Origin: an uncultured Pseudomonadales bacterium | Lineage (GTDB): Bacteria > Patescibacteriota > Microgenomatia > UBA1400 > PJMF01 | Direction of reading: 5' to 3' | NCBI GenBank assembly: GCA_964521215.1 | Contig: CAZFRD010000004.1 | Span: 241-64,240 of the forward strand | Length of the DNA stretch: 64,000 bases | Shown here: in pieces, positions 59,239-64,000 of the stretch | How positions within the stretch are numbered: position 1 is the stretch's first letter | How the letters are laid out: each line of letters starts with the position of its first letter | Notes under the pieces: generated by a model | Database searches by the model: none | The model's input: only the letters and a program-made list of their open reading frames with translations | What the model was told of the DNA's origin: nothing | Translations under genes and position numbers: made by a program

Positions 59239-60546
59239 ATGCGTTTGGTTTCTCAAATCTCTAAGAATGCTTTTTTTCGTGGCTCGGCTGTCTTTACCAT
59301 CACTTCATTTGCGGTGAGTGTTTTAAATTATCTCTTCAATCTGATCATCGCTCGTTTTTTTTCTTTGGCAGTGTATGGTGAATATTCAACTGCGTTTTCG
59401 TACTTGGCTCTACTGCTGGTGCCACTTGGTGCATTTAACCTAATCTTGATTAAACGCATTGGTGCCACGGCCGTTACTGACAGATTTGGTTTTATCTTAG
59501 CAATAGAAGCGTGGGTAGTTCGGTTACTAACGAAAGTTTGGCTACCAATACTGAGTTTGGTTGTAGTGGGAGCGCTTTTATTGATTCGGTTCTCAAATTT
59601 GGCAACGACTAGTATCATAATGATCATTTTCTCTGGACTGATAGCTATTTTCACGACTGTGTATGTGGCCGGTTTACAAGCTAGTAAGCGCTTTTTTGCA
59701 TCTGGAACGATACCTGCATTAGGATCAGCACTCAAAATCATTCTTGTTTTAAGCGTGGTTTACGTTTCGGCAAGTTTGGAAAACCTTTATTTAGCTTTGA
59801 TCATCGATAGCGTGATTACCATTGCAATCTATCGATGGTATCTCAAACGCTTTCGTTCAGATTTGCGGTATCATCTACCTTCAATTAGTGTATTAGCTAG
59901 ATACATTAAAAGTAGAACCCTCACAATACCACTGATTGCTACTTTGGGTATGGTTGGTTTGCTGAGTGTGGATGTAATGTTGGTGAAGAAATTCTTTGCG
60001 CCAGCGGATGTAGGTCTTTATGCTGGCTTAGCGTTACTGGGCAAAATCATTTTGTACGTCACGGGACCGATAGCTACAGTTGCTTTTGCTTTTTTTACTG
60101 GGCATGAAAGTAAACACCAGCGCGGGAAAATTCTGTTTATCACCACGGGGCTATTTATTTGCATCGGACTAGTGGCGACGCTGGGATATTTGCTTGTTCC
60201 AAACTTAGTGGTAGGAATAATTTTTGGTCAGCGATTTATGTCAATTGCCAGCACTATTTATGTCGCTGCCATCTTTGGCACTGTCTACTCGTTAGCAAAT
60301 TTATTTGCGCAGTATTATATTTCGCGAGAGGAGCCAGTGGCGATGGCATCACTGGTTTTCTTGGCAGTGCAAGTTGGTGGCATTATTATGTTTCACGAAA
60401 ACTTTAAACAAGTATTACTGGTGGGGACCATAGCTTCAACCGATTTATTTTTGTGTTATTTGGGATTTTTCCTTTGGAAAAACCAGCGGTTAGTCGGGAA
60501 ATGTAAAAAAATTATGCTTAAAACGCTGCGTGGTGTAAGTGACTAA
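59239..60546 (+). CDS. Oligosaccharide flippase (Wzx/MOP family)
   Basis: 'LNYLFNLIIAR', 'YGEY', 'DVMLVKKFF...VGLYA.L..LGK'; many TM segments. Confidence 0.8.
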   Translation: MRLVSQISKNAFFRGSAVFTITSFAVSVLNYLFNLIIARFFSLAVYGEYSTAFSYLALLLVPLGAFNLILIKRIGATAVTDRFGFILAIEAWVVRLLTKVWLPILSLVVVGALLLIRFSNLATTSIIMIIFSGLIAIFTTVYVAGLQASKRFFASGTIPALGSALKIILVLSVVYVSASLENLYLALIIDSVITIAIYRWYLKRFRSDLRYHLPSISVLARYIKSRTLTIPLIATLGMVGLLSVDVMLVKKFFAPADVGLYAGLALLGKIILYVTGPIATVAFAFFTGHESKHQRGKILFITTGLFICIGLVATLGYLLVPNLVVGIIFGQRFMSIASTIYVAAIFGTVYSLANLFAQYYISREEPVAMASLVFLAVQVGGIIMFHENFKQVLLVGTIASTDLFLCYLGFFLWKNQRLVGKCKKIMLKTLRGVSD

Positions 60547-61408
60547 GATCCAAGATGCATGAGTAGTCTCGTTCTAAAATTTCAATTATTGATGGTTGAC
60601 GCAACATGTCTCGCAATTCATCACCTAATAACTGTAGAAACTGATTGCCTGCATCCGGGGAATTATTCAGACAGATCAGCTGGTGTAATTGAGCAATAAA
60701 TGGTGCAATTACGCCAATGTCACGGACTCTTCCCGCACCACCATTCAGTAAGATAAAATTATGCTTCAAAAGATGGTTTCGCCCTTCTCCTTCCCTTAAA
60801 TGGTTTTTTCTTTCATATTTCTTAATGAATTTTGGAATTGCTCCTGGATCAGATTTGACCTGAACAAATATCTGCTCCGATGTCAGTAATTTTTCAATCT
60901 CTGAGTCAATTTTTATGACTATATCTAATCCTTCGCTATTCTCAGTTGATGCCCTACTTATCATGAGAACAAGTAGTATCCAGGGAAAAAGAGACGAGTC
61001 AGATAGTAAATCAAATACAACAATTTCGGATGCAACACCATTAGGCTCGTTAGGTTTTAAAATAGTAACGGAATCGGGAGATAAAGTAAAATGTTTTCTA
61101 TTCACTTTGATATATCTTTTAAGTTTTTCACTTTTCATTAAATATATGTTTAGTTCGCCTGGATTATCCTTGCCACCATTATCATGGTCTTTATCAACAC
61201 TTTCTTGGTCATCAAATTGATCAGGATCACCATATAGGCAATGTCTGATGGAAGCACCCAATGGCATTTGGTCTAAATCACTTCCACCGTAGTGTCGCGC
61301 AATTCTACCGTTTGGTGTGTCAGTGCAAAAAATGCCATCATTATTGATGACACAACAATAGCAACGATTACCTGGAGTGGGTGGGTATTCAATCTCTCTT
61401 GGCTTCAT
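60518..61408 (-). CDS. Hypothetical protein (orphan, Cys/His-containing N-terminus)
   Basis: 296-aa ORF, AT-rich, convergent with and overlapping the flippase 3' end. Confidence 0.5.
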   Translation of the reverse strand: MKPREIEYPPTPGNRCYCCVINNDGIFCTDTPNGRIARHYGGSDLDQMPLGASIRHCLYGDPDQFDDQESVDKDHDNGGKDNPGELNIYLMKSEKLKRYIKVNRKHFTLSPDSVTILKPNEPNGVASEIVVFDLLSDSSLFPWILLVLMISRASTENSEGLDIVIKIDSEIEKLLTSEQIFVQVKSDPGAIPKFIKKYERKNHLREGEGRNHLLKHNFILLNGGAGRVRDIGVIAPFIAQLHQLICLNNSPDAGNQFLQLLGDELRDMLRQPSIIEILERDYSCILDLSHLHHAAF

Positions 61409-61581
61409 CCAAAAATTCTAGGGCAGATGTTTTTTTATGTTCGGTCAATTAGAGCGAGATTATAACAGAGAAATCAAGCACATCTTATAGATACAATCTC
61501 TGCGTCTTACCTGTAAGCACCTTGGCGGTGAATGATCGCTAGTGCGAAAACTGTCATAACTGAGAATATTAGCTTATTTTC

Positions 61582-61869
61582 TTAAACAAACCGGATCTCG
61601 AGTCTTTTTCCCAAACCAGTGGCAATTTTTTGTAGAGTAGCGATGGAGGGTAGATAGGTGCCCCTTTCTATTCGAGCCAAGGAAGGTTGTTTAATGCCGA
61701 TGCGTTCGGCCAGTTGGCGTTGGGTAAGTTTGTGCTTGATGCGGGCCTCGATGAGGTTGCGGGTAACCCGGCGCTGATTAGCTCGAGCATCCCAAGCTTT
61801 TTTGAAAGCAGGATCACTCATAAATTCATCGAACACATCTTGGAAAGGTCTAGTAGAACATTTTTTCAT
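61582..61869 (-). CDS. XRE-family HTH regulator (HigA-like antitoxin), no adjacent toxin
   Basis: 'DPAFKKAW', 'R....LTQRQLAERIG..QPS.ARIE.G...PS..TL.KIA..LG'. Confidence 0.85.
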   Translation of the reverse strand: MKKCSTRPFQDVFDEFMSDPAFKKAWDARANQRRVTRNLIEARIKHKLTQRQLAERIGIKQPSLARIERGTYLPSIATLQKIATGLGKRLEIRFV

Positions 61870-61879
61870 ACTTCATATT

Positions 61880-61908
61880 AAGATAACATAATTGTTATTA
61901 GCTGGCAA
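61880..61908 (-). promoter_or_regulatory. Promoter of the HTH gene with overlapping inverted-repeat operator
   Basis: TTGCCA (61908-03), N17, TATCTT (61885-80). Inverted repeat ATAACA-taat-TGTTAT at 61883-61898. Confidence 0.65.
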
Positions 61909-61985
61909 CTAGTAATTGTTGCGTTTACTGCACAGCCTAACCCGCCAAGCTTTCGCAAAGTGTAGCGAGGGGTTTTTGTAGTAAA

Positions 61986-63596
61986 ATGATTCAAATGAAC
62001 TTGTTCACCCCTTGGGTGTTTGGCGATGAGTATCTCTATCTAAGCAAGGCTCGCAACATTAGTCGCGGCATTGATGTTTTAGCCGATGTGTCTGTGGGTC
62101 ACACCTATCCCCCACTGTATTCGTATTTACTCTCCCTAGTGATGGGTACTGATCCGCTGATTTCCTACCAGCAAGTGCAGTGGCTCAATTTCGGAGTGAG
62201 TCAGTTGCTGATCATCTTGGTGTTCCTCATTCTGAATCGCGTTTTTAGATGGACGGATTCAAAAAAAGGCTGGCTGTGTCTACTTCTGATGTATCTGGTG
62301 GTGGCTTCCAGCGCAATCGTGACCGGCTATTATTTTGTCGCCATGAGCGAAAATCTCTACACACCGCTGATTCTACTTACATTCTCACTGGTGATTTACT
62401 TTTCTAAACTTGGCCACACAATCTACAAGAAACACTTGCTTATGGCTGTTTTGATTGGCCTAGTGGCGGGACTTGCTCTACTCACTAGAACTATTGGTTA
62501 TGTCTTGGTTCCGACAGTAGCTGGCAGTTTGCTGGCTTCTTTTAAACTCACAAAAACCAACCGGCTAAAACTGTTACTCATCGCATTGATTTCAGCTGGA
62601 CTGATACTGGTGGTACAACAAGGATTTACTGCTTGGGAGGCAACCAGAATTGTTCGAACCGGCCTCGTGCAGGCTGAGTACGAAGCGCTTTCCACTGGGT
62701 ATCTTAATGTACTAAAATCGTTGGTATCGGGCACCTTTGATTGGTACATTGCGATCAAAATTGTGGGTAATCACTTGAGCTATCTCTTGTTTGCGACGTT
62801 CTTTTTTCCCGTGCTCTTTTTTATTACTGAAATAGTGACGTTTGTTAAAACTCGCAAAATTGATGCTCCAACCGTCTTTCTCACACTCTTTGGGCTTGGC
62901 TCGATGGTCTTTTCTTTCTTACACTGCTATTTTGGCTTTTCCTTTGATCCCATTCAGCACTCCACTTACTTTCGCTACTTTGATCAAACGGTGTTTTTGT
63001 TTGGGGTGTATGGCTTGTTGAAGCTGTGGCAGTGGCTACAGGGAAAGCAGTCGGTTGATAGAATCGCAGTATTACTTTTTGTTGTGATTAGTTTGGTTAG
63101 TCTTGTGTTTTTACCGCCCAGAGATTTTTACGTGACCTTAAATTCCTTTGGTTGGGCGTGGCTGGATTTGTTTATAAAAAATCAATGGCTGATCAGAGTG
63201 TTGGGCATAGGTTTTGTTGGCTTGAGCTTAGGCTTACTTTGGCACAAAAGACTGTTCTTAGTGTTGCTGCCAATAATGATTATGTTCCAACTGGCTTCAT
63301 TGCCAGTGATCGTGAGAATGCACGAATGGCTTTCTTCAGAAAATCGCCCACTGATAGAACAAGTCCAAGCAGTGGCAGTAAATCAAGGCATTACTGATTG
63401 GTATATAGCTGATGATTACCAAGAAAAGGGATTGCTAGGTAGTCTGTACTTTACCAAGTATCTATTGTTGTTTTATGGGAATGAATTTGAGCCGGTGAAG
63501 ATTGACAGTTTAATTGTTAAACAGGAAAAGAGTAATCCGCAGGTGTTCATTGATCGAAATGAAAATGGAGAAATTGTTTTTAGCAAGAAACTTTAA
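61986..63596 (+). CDS. GT-C-like multi-pass membrane protein (putative glycosyltransferase)
   Basis: 'FGDE..Y', 'YPPLY', 'MSENLY', 'LTR..G', 'RY'; many TM segments. Start is 61986 or 61995. Confidence 0.65.
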   Translation: MIQMNLFTPWVFGDEYLYLSKARNISRGIDVLADVSVGHTYPPLYSYLLSLVMGTDPLISYQQVQWLNFGVSQLLIILVFLILNRVFRWTDSKKGWLCLLLMYLVVASSAIVTGYYFVAMSENLYTPLILLTFSLVIYFSKLGHTIYKKHLLMAVLIGLVAGLALLTRTIGYVLVPTVAGSLLASFKLTKTNRLKLLLIALISAGLILVVQQGFTAWEATRIVRTGLVQAEYEALSTGYLNVLKSLVSGTFDWYIAIKIVGNHLSYLLFATFFFPVLFFITEIVTFVKTRKIDAPTVFLTLFGLGSMVFSFLHCYFGFSFDPIQHSTYFRYFDQTVFLFGVYGLLKLWQWLQGKQSVDRIAVLLFVVISLVSLVFLPPRDFYVTLNSFGWAWLDLFIKNQWLIRVLGIGFVGLSLGLLWHKRLFLVLLPIMIMFQLASLPVIVRMHEWLSSENRPLIEQVQAVAVNQGITDWYIADDYQEKGLLGSLYFTKYLLLFYGNEFEPVKIDSLIVKQEKSNPQVFIDRNENGEIVFSKKL

Positions 63597-63607
63597 TACC
63601 GATAATC

Positions 63608-64000
63608 TTACTTAATTAGATCGTTTTCCATAACATTTATTTTAGGAATTTTGGATGAAATATCATAATCCCAAATATACAAGAACTTATTTGTTTCAAA
63701 CTCAATAGCTTTCATTTCAGTTCCAAATTGTTTTCTAAAACTCTCAATTGAGCATGTGTTTGTGTGAATGGAACTACTCGTTTTGTCTACATAAATAAAT
63801 GTTTTTTCAAGATTAAATTCTGGATTATACCATGTGTCAAAAACGAACCAATAAAAGGGGTATACTGTATCATTTAAACAAAGTATCGGACGAATTTTAA
63901 TTGAATTTCTCGTATAGAATGTATTTGAGGATGCATCCCAGTATCCGGCGAATCCTTTTTCTAACGATTCGTTATGAAGTAAATCAATTAGTTTATTATT
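63608..64000 (-). CDS. 3' end of a probable GT-C/glucosyltransferase-like membrane protein (truncated by window edge)
   Basis: Not in the ORF track. Open frame from 64000 to TAA at 63610-63608: NNKLIDLLHNESLEKGFAGYWDASSNTF...PFYWF...WDYDI...LIK*. 'G.A.YW.A' resembles C-terminal domains of such proteins. Confidence 0.55.
   Translation of the reverse strand, partial: NNKLIDLLHNESLEKGFAGYWDASSNTFYTRNSIKIRPILCLNDTVYPFYWFVFDTWYNPEFNLEKTFIYVDKTSSSIHTNTCSIESFRKQFGTEMKAIEFETNKFLYIWDYDISSKIPKINVMENDLIK

Noticed and set aside
61517-61545. Hairpin GCAC-CT-TGGCGGT-GAATG-ATCGCTA-GTGC
   Set aside because: Depends on G-U pairs, forms only on the strand opposite the flanking genes, has no U-tract and occurs once.
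61935-61978. attC-like site (begins GCCTAAC, matching RYYYAAC)
   Set aside because: No complementary GTTRRRY end, no second copy beside the other orphans, and no integron integrase in the window.
1-64000. Alternative genetic code (TGA=Gly, as in Gracilibacteria/Absconditabacteria)
   Set aside because: Conserved genes are full-length under code 11 and several end in TGA with ATGA overlaps.

Overview
A 64-kb chromosomal stretch from a reduced-genome bacterium. Gene content and order point to the Candidate Phyla Radiation/Patescibacteria, probably Microgenomates (inference). It uses standard code 11 and most genes lie on the minus strand. From left to right: a small glycan module (O-antigen-ligase-like, GT2, flippase); lepB and parB; rplU-[Trm11-like methyltransferase]-rpmA; rodA; type-2 ileS; a Cys-rich, Pro/Thr-repeat surface protein; a rearranged dcw cluster (mraZ-rsmH-ftsL-ftsI-murE-yvcK/glmR-murC-murB-murA-mraY-ftsW-murG-ftsQ-ftsA-ftsZ, without murD, murF or ddl); an alpha2-type glyS; recO; and a ~29-kb surface-glycan region (DUF4012, priming phosphoglycosyltransferase, ManC, GT2/GT4s, several GT-C membrane enzymes, ligase/polymerase, flippase, UDP-xylose synthase) that also contains ruvCAB and several AT-rich orphan genes. 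The strongest non-coding signal is a glycyl T-box riboswitch upstream of glyS, with a clear promoter, antiterminator and terminator but an unusually short, non-canonical 5' (Stem I) domain. Other notable points: widespread leaderless-type promoter architecture, a Cys-to-Asp MurA, an EDPR-motif MurE, and MraZ boxes. I saw no rRNA, tRNA, CRISPR array, transposase or integrase. All calls come from reading motifs by eye; no database searches were run.
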